From a virus (taxonomy: Duplodnaviria; Caudoviricetes): DNA of 55,437 bases. The stretch is taken from positions 1 through 55,437 of IMG/VR virus record IMGVR_UViG_3300037755_001185. One strand, written 5' to 3'. Position 1 is the first letter of the stretch, and each line of letters opens with the position of its first letter. The notes under the pieces are model-generated. The model worked only from the letters and a program-made list of their open reading frames with translations. It was not told where the DNA came from and ran no database searches. A program made the position numbers and the translations under genes. Positions 28,706-38,410 of this stretch are shown piece by piece.

Positions 28706-28769
28706 GGCAGGGCCGGGCGACTGGGGCCTCATGAGCTCTGGCTGGTGGGTTCGACTCCCACACCTGCCA
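28706..28769 (+). ncRNA. tRNA-like element lacking a D-arm, CAU anticodon loop
   Basis: GGCAGG/CCTGCC acceptor stem, GGGGC-CTCATGA-GCTCT anticodon arm, GTGGG-TTCGACT-CCCAC T-arm, only 10 nt in place of the D-arm. Confidence 0.6.
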
Positions 28770-28825
28770 TTTGGACGCCGGTCCCGCGAAACAACCATGG
28801 GCCCCCAAGGCACAAAGGAACAACG

Positions 28826-29638
28826 ATGTCGTTACTGAAACAGATTCGCAGTGGCCGTCGCCACACACCGCCGAGACTGTTGATCTACGGAACCGAGGGG
28901 ATCGGCAAGTCCACGATCGCCTCCCAGGCACCGAGCCCGATCTTCATTCAGACCGAAGATGGCCTGGACCAGATCGACTGTGCGTCGTTCCCACTGGCGG
29001 CGAACTTCAGCGAAATCGTCGACGCACTTTCGTCGCTCTACTCGGAGGAGCACGATTTCCAGACGGTGGTCATCGATTCCCTCGATTGGCTCGAACGACT
29101 CGTCTGGGATGACGTGTGCCGCGAGTACGGCGTGAAGTCCATCGAGAAGGCCGACGGCGGATACGCCAAGGGATACACGCACGCCCTGACCCAGTGGCGT
29201 GAAGTGCTCGATGGACTGGACGCGCTGCGCAACGACCGTGGCATGGCCGTCGTTCTCCTGGCGCATGCCAAGGTCGAGAAGTTCGATGACCCGGAGTCGG
29301 TCGCCTATGACCGCTACTCGCCCCGCCTGCACAAACACGCCTCGGCACTGATCACCGAATGGTGCGATGCGGTTCTGTTTGCCACGCGGAAGTTCCGAAC
29401 CGAGAGCGAAAGCGCGGGCTTCAACCGCACACGCTCGATTGCCGTCGCGCTTGGTCAGGATGGCGGCGAACGCATTCTGCGCTGCGTCGGATGTCCTTCA
29501 TGTACCGCGAAAAACCGCTACGGCCTTCCGGCCGAGTTGCCTCTCACATGGCCCTCCCTCATGGCCGCAATGACTGACACCCCCCCAATCTTCCCCACAC
29601 CCAGCACCACGAATAATGGAGATACCACGGATGGCTGA
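28826..29638 (+). CDS. AAA_24 / Sak4-like ATPase
   Basis: YGTEGIGKST, VIDSLDWLE, LLAHA, TAKNRYGLP. Confidence 0.85.
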   Translation: MSLLKQIRSGRRHTPPRLLIYGTEGIGKSTIASQAPSPIFIQTEDGLDQIDCASFPLAANFSEIVDALSSLYSEEHDFQTVVIDSLDWLERLVWDDVCREYGVKSIEKADGGYAKGYTHALTQWREVLDGLDALRNDRGMAVVLLAHAKVEKFDDPESVAYDRYSPRLHKHASALITEWCDAVLFATRKFRTESESAGFNRTRSIAVALGQDGGERILRCVGCPSCTAKNRYGLPAELPLTWPSLMAAMTDTPPIFPTPSTTNNGDTTDG

Positions 29639-30083
29639 TCTGAATGGCTTTGACGCACGGACTGTTGACCCCTCGACGACCTTCGACGCGATCCCCGCGG
29701 GCAAGTACATCGCCGCGATCACGGAGTCGGAGACGAAGCCGACCAAGAACGGCAACGGCAGCTACCTGCAGCTGGCGTTCACGATCATCGAGGGCGAGTA
29801 CAAGAACCGAATTCTCTGGGCGCGGCTCAATCTGCAGAACCCGAATCAGACGGCGGTGCAGATTGCCCGCTCCGAACTGTCGGCGATCTGTCACGCGGTG
29901 AGCGTGATGGCTCCGAACGACAGCGTGGAACTGCACAACCTTCCGCTCCAGATCGCGGTCAAGGTGAAGAAGCGCGAGGACACGGGCGACCTGGCCAACG
30001 AGATCAAGGGGTACGCGAAAAAGGAGGCATCACAGGGTCAGCCGCAGCAGGCACAGAACAGCACGCCGCCGTGGAGGCGGTGA
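29631..30083 (+). CDS. DUF669 protein (putative phage SSB)
   Basis: IPAGKYIAAITESE..G.YLQLAFTII.GEYKNRILW..NEIKGY..PPWRR. Confidence 0.8.
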   Translation: MADLNGFDARTVDPSTTFDAIPAGKYIAAITESETKPTKNGNGSYLQLAFTIIEGEYKNRILWARLNLQNPNQTAVQIARSELSAICHAVSVMAPNDSVELHNLPLQIAVKVKKREDTGDLANEIKGYAKKEASQGQPQQAQNSTPPWRR

Positions 30084-30084
30084 C

Positions 30085-30459
30085 ATGCGGCTGCAGCTGG
30101 AACTCCCGTGGCCACCGAGCGTGAATCACTACTGGCGGTCGATCCCAATGAGAGGGCGCGGGCACGGATGCCGGGTTGTGATCAGCCGCGAAGGCAGGGC
30201 GTATCGCAGGGATGTGTGCGCCCTCCTTCGTGATCACAGCTCCAATCCGCTGGATGGTCGGCTGCATGTCCGCGTTGTCCTCCAGCCACCCACGCGCCGT
30301 GGCCTCGACATCGACAACCGCATGAAAGCATTGCTCGACTCGTTGGAGCACGCGCGCATCTACCACGATGACGGCCAGATCGATCGGCTCGGAATTGAGC
30401 GCGGTGAGGTCTTCAAGGGAGGAAAGGCCATCGTGGAGATCATGGAGTTGCCCTCCTGA
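30085..30459 (+). CDS. rusA: RusA-family Holliday junction resolvase
   Basis: LPWPPSVNHYWR, DIDNRMKALLDSL, DDGQID. Confidence 0.9.
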   Translation: MRLQLELPWPPSVNHYWRSIPMRGRGHGCRVVISREGRAYRRDVCALLRDHSSNPLDGRLHVRVVLQPPTRRGLDIDNRMKALLDSLEHARIYHDDGQIDRLGIERGEVFKGGKAIVEIMELPS

Positions 30460-32147
30460 TGGCGATGCAACTCCGTCCATACCAGTCCGAAGCGGTGGAA
30501 TCGGTCTACCGGCATCTCCGGGATCACGATGACAACCCGTGCATTGTCATCCCGACCGCTGGTGGCAAGACACCGGTCATGGCCACGATCTGCCGAGATG
30601 CAGTCAATGCGTGGATTGGTCGCGTGCTCATCCTGGCACACGTCAAGGAGTTGCTCGAGCAGGCCGTCGACAAACTTCAGGCGATCGCCCCCGATTTGGA
30701 TGTCGGCGTGTATTCGGCGGGGTTGAAGCGACGCGACACCGGTCACCCGGTGATCGTCGCTGGCATTCAGTCGCTGTACCGCCGTGCCTGCGAGTTCGAG
30801 CCGTTCGATCTCATCATCGTTGACGAGGCGCACCTCATCCCGCCGGAGGGTGATGGGATGTATCGGAAGTTCCTGGCTGATGCGGCTGTGGTGAATCCGC
30901 GCGTGCGCGTCATCGGTCTGACCGCAACGCCATTCCGAATGGCCACCGGGGTCATTTGCCGCGAGGAGCACTTCCTCAACCGAGTCTGCTACGAGATCGG
31001 CGTCAAGGAACTCATCGTTCAGGGCTTTCTCTCTCCGCTGCGAACCAAGGCAGGGCAAAGCCGGGTGGACACTTCGAACCTGCATGTCCGGGGTGGCGAG
31101 TACATCGCGGGTGAAGTCGAAGACCTGATGGACGACGATGCACTCGTCGATGCCGCATGCGCCGAGATCGTCGAACAGACGCACGACCGACATGCGGTGC
31201 TGATCTTCGCCTCCGGTGTCAATCACGGTCGGCACATCGTGCGGGTACTCGAGGAAAGGCACGGGAGCTATTGCGGATTCGTCTGCGGCGAGACACCCGG
31301 CGCGGAGCGCAACGAACTTATTGCCCGCTTCAAACGCGGTGGCCTGAAATACCTCTGCAATGTCAATGTGCTCACGACCGGGTTCGATGCGCCCAACATC
31401 GATTGCGTGGCCATGCTCCGGCCCACGCTCTCCCCTGGCCTCTACTACCAGATGGTCGGTCGCGGATTCCGGCTCCATCCCGGCAAAACCGACTGCCTCG
31501 TGCTCGACTTCGGCGGCAATGTTCTGCGCCACGGCCCGGTCGATGATCTGCAAGTCAAGGAACCGGGACAGGGCGAAGGAGAAGCTCCTGCCAAGGAATG
31601 TCCGGAATGCCAGGCGGTCATTCATGCGGCCTACGCCAGGTGTCCGGAGTGCGGCTACGAGTTCCCGCCGCCGCAGCGTGAGCAACACGATGATCGTGCA
31701 AGCACGGCGGGTGTGCTTTCCGGCCAGATCGAAGACACGGTCCACCGCGTCAGCGATGTCTATTACAGCACCCACACCAAGCGCGGCGCGGACCCGGACC
31801 ACCCGCGTTCCATGCGTATTGAGTACCGCATCGGACTGAGCGAGTACGTCTCAGAGTGGGTCTGCTTCGAGCACACGGGTTATGCACGAACCAAGGCAGA
31901 GCAGTGGTGGCGCAAGCGGAGCCGCGAGCCGGTGCCTGTCAACACCGACGAGGCCGTAGACATCTGCGAGCGATGTGGCATCTGCGAGACGTCCTCGATC
32001 ACGGTGCGCCGCACCGCTGGCGAGAGATACGACCGCATCGTGAACTGGGAACTCGGATCGATCCCGCCGCGACTGGATGGCTCAGATGAGCGGGACGGCG
32101 ATGACCTACCCGAGTACGTCTTCGCCGATGATGAGGTGCCGTTTTGA
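30459..32147 (+). CDS. Superfamily 2 DEAH helicase with Zn ribbon
   Basis: LRPYQ, PTAGGKT, VDEAH, GLTATP, TTGFDAP, QMVGRGFR, CPEC..CPEC. Confidence 0.9.
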   Translation: MAMQLRPYQSEAVESVYRHLRDHDDNPCIVIPTAGGKTPVMATICRDAVNAWIGRVLILAHVKELLEQAVDKLQAIAPDLDVGVYSAGLKRRDTGHPVIVAGIQSLYRRACEFEPFDLIIVDEAHLIPPEGDGMYRKFLADAAVVNPRVRVIGLTATPFRMATGVICREEHFLNRVCYEIGVKELIVQGFLSPLRTKAGQSRVDTSNLHVRGGEYIAGEVEDLMDDDALVDAACAEIVEQTHDRHAVLIFASGVNHGRHIVRVLEERHGSYCGFVCGETPGAERNELIARFKRGGLKYLCNVNVLTTGFDAPNIDCVAMLRPTLSPGLYYQMVGRGFRLHPGKTDCLVLDFGGNVLRHGPVDDLQVKEPGQGEGEAPAKECPECQAVIHAAYARCPECGYEFPPPQREQHDDRASTAGVLSGQIEDTVHRVSDVYYSTHTKRGADPDHPRSMRIEYRIGLSEYVSEWVCFEHTGYARTKAEQWWRKRSREPVPVNTDEAVDICERCGICETSSITVRRTAGERYDRIVNWELGSIPPRLDGSDERDGDDLPEYVFADDEVPF

Positions 32148-34459
32148 TTGGTTGCCACAGCACCCTTCATTGCGCTGCTGCGGACTACCTCGCCGCCGGT
32201 CTCTGCGTACTGCCAGCGCGCCGGACCGAGAAGCGTCCCGCCATGGGTCGTTGGAAGCGGTATCAGAAGCAACTGCCTACGGAGGCCGAACTGTCCGCAT
32301 GGTTCGCCAACGGTCACGACGCTGTCTGCATCCTCTGCGGCCGAGCATCGAACAACCTGGAGATCATCGACTTCGATGTTGGTGGCGAGCAGTTCGCGCC
32401 ATGGTGGGATTGCATTCCTGCAGAACTGCGGGAACGGCTGGTGATCGCATCCACCCAGTCCGGTGGTCGGCATGCGATCTACCGATGTGAGTCGTCGGTA
32501 TCTGGCAACCTGAAGCTGGCTCAGCGCCGCGATGGCACGAAGATCATCACCCTCATCGAGACACGCGGCGAAGGAGGCCTGTTCCTTTGCGCGCCGACGG
32601 TTGGATACGAGATGGTTCAGGGTCACCTGTGCGATCCACCCGTGTTGACCGAAGCAGAGCGGGATGCGCTCCTGCAGTCGGCGTGGGAATTGAACGCACA
32701 TGTGCCGCAGGTGGTCGATGGTCCGTCTGACAATGGCGTTCACCGCCAGAGAAGCACGTTGTCCGTCGAACAATGCGCATCTCCGCCAGACAAATCCGAC
32801 AGGCCCGGCGATGACTTCAACCGTCGCGGAGATGTGAGGGACTTGCTCGAACAACACGGGTGGGTTCGCACCAAGGCGGGAGAAAACGAATACTGGCGTC
32901 GTCCGGGCAAGAGCGCGGGCATGTCCGCCACGCTCAAGGACCGGGTCTTCTACGTCTTCTCGTCCAATGCCGCGCCGTTCGAGCCGAATCAGGCATACTC
33001 ACCGTTCTCGGTATACACACAGCTCATCTGCGGCGGAGACTTCGAGCAGGCGGCGCGTTCTCTGAGAGAACTCGGCTTTGGCGGCGACTCCCCCGGTTCT
33101 CTGACCGACCACGCCACGGGCGTGGACATCTCGGCCATTGTGCGAATGTCTGCCGCACCAGGCGCAAGTTCACCAGACAATGGCCACTCCGGCGAATGTC
33201 CGACCGACACCGCCGACCCGGGCCCGCTGCCCGCCGAGATGCTGCGCATTCCCGGCTTTGTTGGCCAGGTCATGGACTTCTGTCTGGCGACCGCGCCGTA
33301 CCCAAACCCGGTCATGGCATTCTGTGGCGCGATCTCACTACTGGCATTCCTCGCCGGTCGCAAGGTGCGCGACTCCGGCGACAACCGCACCAACTTCTAC
33401 CTGCTCGGTCTGGCCCACTCCTCGGCGGGCAAGGACTGGCCACGCAAGATCAACACACGCATCGTCCACGAGGTCGGCCTGGCCGATTGCCTTGGTGAAC
33501 GGTTCGCCTCGGGCGAAGGCATCCAGGATGCTCTCTTTCAGACGCCGAGCATGCTTTTCCAGACCGACGAGATCGACGGCATGCTCCAGTCGATCAACAA
33601 GGCCAAAGACGCCCGGCACGAAGCGATCATGTCCACGCTGCTGACGATGTATTCATCGGCCAACAGCGTCTTCCCCATGCGCCGCAAAGCGGGCAAGGAA
33701 TCGCCCGGCGTGATCGACCAGCCGAACCTGGTCATCTTCGGAACCGCCATCCCCAACCACTATTACGAAGCGCTGAGCGAGCGCATGCTCACCAACGGCT
33801 TCTTCGCCCGCATGATCATCCTCGAAGCAGGTCAGCGCGCCTCGGGGCAGGAGCCGAGCATTCGTGATCTTCCCACGCGCGTGCTTGAGACCGCCCGCTG
33901 GTGGTCGGACTACCGGCCGGGACGGGGCAATCTGGATGACTGGCACCCGGTGCCGACGGTGATCAGGCACACGGATGAGGCCAGACGTCTGATCGTCGAG
34001 ACGCGCGAGGAAGCCGAGAGCGAGTACGCCATGGCTGAGGCGAGCAGCGATCCAGTGGGAACGACGGTCTGGGGGCGAGTCAGCGAGCAAGTGCGCAAGC
34101 TGGCGCTGCTTTACGCGATCAGCGAGAACCACGAAACACCACGGATCGGCGTCGATGCAGTGCGCTGGGCTTCGGCCTTCGTCATGCACCAGACGAAACG
34201 CATGCTCTTCATGGCGGCGAGTCATGCCGCGGACGGGGAGTTCGACGGGCTCATCAAACGGGCCGTTGCCATTCTGAGGGACTGGCACGAGAAGCACAGT
34301 CACGACAGCCTGGTACCGGCGTGGTATCTCCGACGCCGGCTGAAGCAGCGGCCCGGTGACTTCAAGGACATTGTGGTCGAACTGGCGGAGCGGCGCATTG
34401 CCGAGTACGCCACGGAACCCGGAACCACCAAACCCAAGTCAGGATACCGACTCTTATGA
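32144..34459 (+). CDS. Bifunctional primase/polymerase with C-terminal DUF3987-like ATPase
   Basis: IIDFD, STQSGGRHAIY, IETRGEGG, YWRRPGK, SSAGKD, TDEID. Confidence 0.8.
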   Translation: MIGCHSTLHCAAADYLAAGLCVLPARRTEKRPAMGRWKRYQKQLPTEAELSAWFANGHDAVCILCGRASNNLEIIDFDVGGEQFAPWWDCIPAELRERLVIASTQSGGRHAIYRCESSVSGNLKLAQRRDGTKIITLIETRGEGGLFLCAPTVGYEMVQGHLCDPPVLTEAERDALLQSAWELNAHVPQVVDGPSDNGVHRQRSTLSVEQCASPPDKSDRPGDDFNRRGDVRDLLEQHGWVRTKAGENEYWRRPGKSAGMSATLKDRVFYVFSSNAAPFEPNQAYSPFSVYTQLICGGDFEQAARSLRELGFGGDSPGSLTDHATGVDISAIVRMSAAPGASSPDNGHSGECPTDTADPGPLPAEMLRIPGFVGQVMDFCLATAPYPNPVMAFCGAISLLAFLAGRKVRDSGDNRTNFYLLGLAHSSAGKDWPRKINTRIVHEVGLADCLGERFASGEGIQDALFQTPSMLFQTDEIDGMLQSINKAKDARHEAIMSTLLTMYSSANSVFPMRRKAGKESPGVIDQPNLVIFGTAIPNHYYEALSERMLTNGFFARMIILEAGQRASGQEPSIRDLPTRVLETARWWSDYRPGRGNLDDWHPVPTVIRHTDEARRLIVETREEAESEYAMAEASSDPVGTTVWGRVSEQVRKLALLYAISENHETPRIGVDAVRWASAFVMHQTKRMLFMAASHAADGEFDGLIKRAVAILRDWHEKHSHDSLVPAWYLRRRLKQRPGDFKDIVVELAERRIAEYATEPGTTKPKSGYRLL

Positions 34460-34477
34460 ACGCCAGAGAAAGCCACC

Positions 34478-34725
34478 GAGAAAACTGCGCAGAAAACTGC
34501 GCGCTGCCGGGCCGAGACAGATTCGGGCCGGAGAAAACTGAGAAAACCGTCAGATTCCTGCGCGCCTCCATGCGGTTTTCTCGGAACCGGAAGGTACGGG
34601 AAAACAAGGGATTAAAGAGAGAAGAGAGAGATTTCTGTCATAGCTGCGCATACCCCTGTGCGCGTGTGTATTCGACGCCTCCGCGCGTACGCGTGGGGGT
34701 GGTCGGTTTTCTGCGCAGTTTTCTC
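34478..34725. repeat. Iteron-like AGAAAAC(TGCGC) repeats and 20-bp inverted repeat; candidate origin
   Basis: GAGAAAACTGCGCAGAAAAC at 34478-34497 and its exact reverse complement at 34706-34725; more copies at 34531-34548. Confidence 0.6.
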
Positions 34726-34792
34726 TCGGGCGTCCAATCGCCGCGTGGACTCGTTCCCGGGCGACCTCACATCACCTCATCGGAGCCCTCAC

Positions 34793-35041
34793 ATGAACCA
34801 CTTGCTCTGCCGGGATTGTCGCTTCTACGCCCCCGACGAAGAGCCGTACCCGAACCGGGAAATGGACCATCGCAACGGATATGGCCAGGGCACCTGTCGT
34901 CGCCACGCGCCGGTTGCACAGCCGCCCGACGAAGACGACCACGTCGTCAACTACGGCTATTGGCCAGTCGTGATGTCCGGCGATTTCTGCGGCGAATTCC
35001 AGGAATCAACGACGAGCTCGACATCTCGCCCGCCGCCATGA
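34793..35041 (+). CDS. Small Cys-rich phage protein
   Basis: CRDCRFY..GTCRRHAP..WPVV...DFCGEF; GGAG RBS. Confidence 0.65.
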   Translation: MNHLLCRDCRFYAPDEEPYPNREMDHRNGYGQGTCRRHAPVAQPPDEDDHVVNYGYWPVVMSGDFCGEFQESTTSSTSRPPP

Positions 35042-35426
35042 GGCAAATGCGAAGTGGCTGGCAGGATCATGGTTCCTTCCCGGCGGATGTGCGCAGGAGA
35101 CGCCAGCGGGAACAGCAGCCAAGGGAGACAGACTTTCTTTCGGTTGGCCGGTCCGCTTTCTCGGCTCGCCGGGGCCATACCACATCGCTGTCCGGTGGCG
35201 GTCCGGCCAGCGTCCGAATCCTGTCCGATTTCGCCAACGGCCCACGGGCCGCGACGTTGGCCCAAGTCGCGGCCGGCCCCGGATTGGCCACCGCTCCCAC
35301 CGCCCGAAACCTCGGCCACACTGCCCAACGTCGCCCAAATCCGGGGGCGTGGGCGAAGCGGGCCCAGATCACCCACCCCGAGGCCGGGATTGGCCTCGAA
35401 TCCACCCGCAAGGAGGCGCACCGCCC

Positions 35427-36809
35427 ATGAAAGTCGTCCAACGACCCATCGATGACATCACCCCATACGAGAAGAACCCGCGACAGAACGATGCCGCCGT
35501 CGAGGCCGTCGCGGCGTCGATCCGGGAGTTCGGATTCCGCCAGCCCATCGTGGTCGACGAGGCCGGCGTCATCATCTGCGGCCACACCCGGTTCAAGGCC
35601 GCGCAGCATCTCGGGCTCGCGAAGGTGCCGGTCCACGTCGCCACTGACCTGACCCCGGAGCAGATTCGGGCGTACCGCATCGCCGACAACAAGACTGGCG
35701 AGCTGGCGACGTGGGACATGGAACTGCTGCCGATCGAGATCGCCGAGTTGCAGAGCGCCGGCATCGACTGGTCGCTGCTCGGATTCGACGAAGACGAACT
35801 GGCGAAGCTGATGGCCGGCGACGTCGGCGTCACGGAGGGCTTGACCGATCCGGACGCGGTGCCGGAACCGCCGGATGATCCCGTCACCCAGCCCGGTGAC
35901 CTTTGGCTTCTCGGAGATCATCGTCTGTTGTGTGGCGATTCATCGAGCGAAGCGGATCTGGATCGGCTACTCGATGGCGCGTCGATCGACATGGTCAACA
36001 CCGATCCGCCGTACAACGTGAAGGTCGAGCCACGCAGCAACAACGCGATCGCAGCGGGCAACTCGTCGTTCCCCGAGCAAACGAAGAAGGCGGGGAAGCG
36101 GACGCATCACCAGTCGTTCGATGTCGCGCGGCAGGGCGAGAAGAAGGCGACGACGAAGAAGATGCGGGCCAAGGACCGGCCGCTTGAGAACGACTTCGTC
36201 ACCGATGAAGCGTTCGACGAGATGCTGCTGGCGTGGTTCGGCAACATCGCCCGCGTGCTCAAACCAGGTGGATCGTTCTACATCTGGGGCGGCTACGCGA
36301 ACATCGGGAACTACCCCGCGCCGCTGAAGGCGAGCGGGCTGTACTTCAGTCAGGGCGTCGTGTGGGACAAGCAACACCCAGTGCTCACGCGCAAAGACTT
36401 CATGGGCGCGTTCGAGATCTGCTTCTACGGCTGGCGCGAGGGCGCCGGGCATCACTTCTTCGGGCCGAACAACGCGACTGACCTCTGGCACGTGAAGAAG
36501 GTCAACCCGCAGTCGATGGTGCATCTCACCGAGAAGCCCGTCGAGCTGGCCGTCCGTTCGATCCAATACTCGTCACGGCCGAAGGAGAACGTGCTCGACC
36601 TGTTTGGCGGATCGGGCTCGACGCTCATCGCCGCCGAACAAACCGACCGGCAGGGGTTCCTGATGGAGATTGACCCGGCGTACTGCGACGTGATCGTGCA
36701 GCGCTGGGAGGAGTTCACTGGCAAGAAGGCCGAGCGCGTCCCCGCCGTGAACGCTGATGCCGAAGAAACAGCCCCGACCGCAGTCGAGGCTGGGGAGGCG
36801 TCGGAATGA
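35427..36809 (+). CDS. ParB-like domain fused to N6/N4 DNA methyltransferase
   Basis: PYEKNPR..FGFRQPIVVD..GHTR..IADNK (ParB); TDPPYN, HLTEKP, DLFGGSGST. Confidence 0.9.
   Translation: MKVVQRPIDDITPYEKNPRQNDAAVEAVAASIREFGFRQPIVVDEAGVIICGHTRFKAAQHLGLAKVPVHVATDLTPEQIRAYRIADNKTGELATWDMELLPIEIAELQSAGIDWSLLGFDEDELAKLMAGDVGVTEGLTDPDAVPEPPDDPVTQPGDLWLLGDHRLLCGDSSSEADLDRLLDGASIDMVNTDPPYNVKVEPRSNNAIAAGNSSFPEQTKKAGKRTHHQSFDVARQGEKKATTKKMRAKDRPLENDFVTDEAFDEMLLAWFGNIARVLKPGGSFYIWGGYANIGNYPAPLKASGLYFSQGVVWDKQHPVLTRKDFMGAFEICFYGWREGAGHHFFGPNNATDLWHVKKVNPQSMVHLTEKPVELAVRSIQYSSRPKENVLDLFGGSGSTLIAAEQTDRQGFLMEIDPAYCDVIVQRWEEFTGKKAERVPAVNADAEETAPTAVEAGEASE
36762..36792 (-). terminator. Putative intrinsic terminator for the minus-strand cluster
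   Basis: Minus strand CAGCCTCGAC-TGCG-GTCGGGGCTG followed by TTTCTTC, between convergent genes. Confidence 0.45.
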
Positions 36810-36814
36810 TCCGC

Positions 36815-37168
36815 TTACTCGGGGCCCTTCTCTCGAAGGGCGTGGAACTCGATCATCGCGTCCTCGAAGAGGCAGCGACCCGCGGCGTAGTTGCGGCGGT
36901 TGCGCTTCACCACGGACCCGCGCTCCTTCATGAATGCGAGCGCCACTGCGGCCTGCGTGCTCGGGGTGCCTGCCGCCGCGGCGAGTTCCTCGAGCGTGAA
37001 GCCCGGATCGCCCGCCTGAGTGCTGAAGAGCTCGACGGCGCGCGCGATCTCTTCGTACGAGGTGCGCGGGCAGCGATGCTCGTATGGCTCGCCACGCCCC
37101 CGTATGGGAACGACCGATCGGACCAGGTGGTCGTCGGCGACGGTGAAAGTCTCATGCCGGTCACGCAT
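36815..37168 (-). CDS. Hypothetical protein, winged-helix-like
   Basis: GFTLEELAAAAGTPSTQAAVALAFMKERG; coupled to the upstream ORF. Confidence 0.65.
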   Translation of the reverse strand: MRDRHETFTVADDHLVRSVVPIRGRGEPYEHRCPRTSYEEIARAVELFSTQAGDPGFTLEELAAAAGTPSTQAAVALAFMKERGSVVKRNRRNYAAGRCLFEDAMIEFHALREKGPE

Positions 37169-37343
37169 CGTCGCCCCCCTTGGTCCGCGCCTGCGGGTCG
37201 TACTCGGTGCCGCACGTCGCGCAGCGAACGCGATCGCCGTCGGTTCCGATCCACACCAGCCGATCGACGTCGCGCTCGCCGCAGGCCGGGCATGCGTCAT
37301 GCAGCGCGACCAGATTGTCGCTGTCGTTGGTGGCCACGGTCAC
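37161..37343 (-). CDS. Small Zn-ribbon protein
   Basis: CPACGERDVDRLVW..RVRCATCGTEY; GTG start overlaps the upstream stop. Confidence 0.65.
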   Translation of the reverse strand: MTVATNDSDNLVALHDACPACGERDVDRLVWIGTDGDRVRCATCGTEYDPQARTKGGDDA

Positions 37344-37987
37344 GCTCCCTTCCCGGCGGCGAAGAGCCCGCGGTCGGTCTTGCGGAAGCGTGCGTCCTTG
37401 CCCTTGGCGCTGATCTCGCGAATCATCGCGGCGTAGAGCGTCGCGTGCGGCGTCTTGCCATCGGTGTTCCAGCCCGCGGCGATGGCCTGCTCTGCGATCG
37501 TCTTGGCGTTGAGCGGCTCCTTCGACTCCCCGAGAACCTTCGCGGCAAGGTCGAGGCCGCTCACGCGATTGGCCTTCGGATCGGACTTCGCAGTCGGCTG
37601 CTTCGCGCGGGGCTTCGGCGGCTTCGGCGTGGCGGCCTTGGCCTTGGAGCTCGCCGTTTTGCTGATCGATCCGCGTGTGGTCTTCGCCGCCTGACTCATC
37701 GCGCGCTCGCCCCCGGAATTGGCGGTCTGACCGTCCGCGCTCGCCTTCCGCTGGTTGCGGATGCGGGCGTTCTGCTGGTCGGCGGCTGCGACCGCCTTGG
37801 CCTGGGCACCCTCCATCACCGGCGCCCGCAGGCGCTGCGCGCTCTTGATGCGGATCTTCTTCTTGGTGGCGAGGTTGGTCGCGTCCCAGCCGCCGCCGGG
37901 ATGCTCGTCGTCGATGCGAACGTCTGTGAGCTTGTCGCTCACCTTCGCGCGGTAGACGCTTCCGATCTTGATGTCTGCCTTCTTCAT
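37340..37987 (-). CDS. Protein with C-terminal HARE-HTH winged-helix domain
   Basis: SGLDLAAKVL..EPLNAKTI..GKTPHATLYAAMIREI..RFRKTDRGLF. Confidence 0.75.
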   Translation of the reverse strand: MKKADIKIGSVYRAKVSDKLTDVRIDDEHPGGGWDATNLATKKKIRIKSAQRLRAPVMEGAQAKAVAAADQQNARIRNQRKASADGQTANSGGERAMSQAAKTTRGSISKTASSKAKAATPKPPKPRAKQPTAKSDPKANRVSGLDLAAKVLGESKEPLNAKTIAEQAIAAGWNTDGKTPHATLYAAMIREISAKGKDARFRKTDRGLFAAGKGA

Positions 37988-38008
37988 GGCATGGACTCCT
38001 TCTGCGAC

Positions 38009-38356
38009 TCAGTCGCGGTTCATGTTGGTGACCAACGCCCACTCGGCGCGGATCGGTTCGTATCGATGGGGAAAGACGGTGTGCCCGCGGCGCTCAAGCG
38101 CGTCGGAGAAGCGGCTGCAGAGTTCGCCGACGTTGACGCGGTGTTCGGCCAGCGCCTGGGCGACCGTGCTCGCAGCCTGCCCACGGCGATCGGCTTCGAT
38201 GGTGCGCCGGAGCGTGTCGGCCTTCTCGACGATCGCGATCTCGAGGCGCTCGGCCTTGCGGGCGGTCTCGTTGAGGAGGTCTGCACGCTGCTGCTGCAGC
38301 GCGGCGATCTCGCGGACGGCGTCGTCGGTCGTGGTGGTGGTGGCTTTTCGGGTCAT
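38009..38356 (-). CDS. Hypothetical protein (coiled coil)
   Basis: 115-aa ORF with GGAGG RBS in the minus-strand cluster. Confidence 0.55.
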   Translation of the reverse strand: MTRKATTTTTDDAVREIAALQQQRADLLNETARKAERLEIAIVEKADTLRRTIEADRRGQAASTVAQALAEHRVNVGELCSRFSDALERRGHTVFPHRYEPIRAEWALVTNMNRD

Positions 38357-38410
38357 GTGGTTCCTCCTGGAACGACAGCCCGCCGCGAGTTCCGGGGGGT
38401 CGCGGCGGGC

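Noticed and set aside
34456-35430. 324-aa ORF after the primase
   Set aside because: Low-complexity translation across a repeat region; overlaps a better Cys-rich ORF
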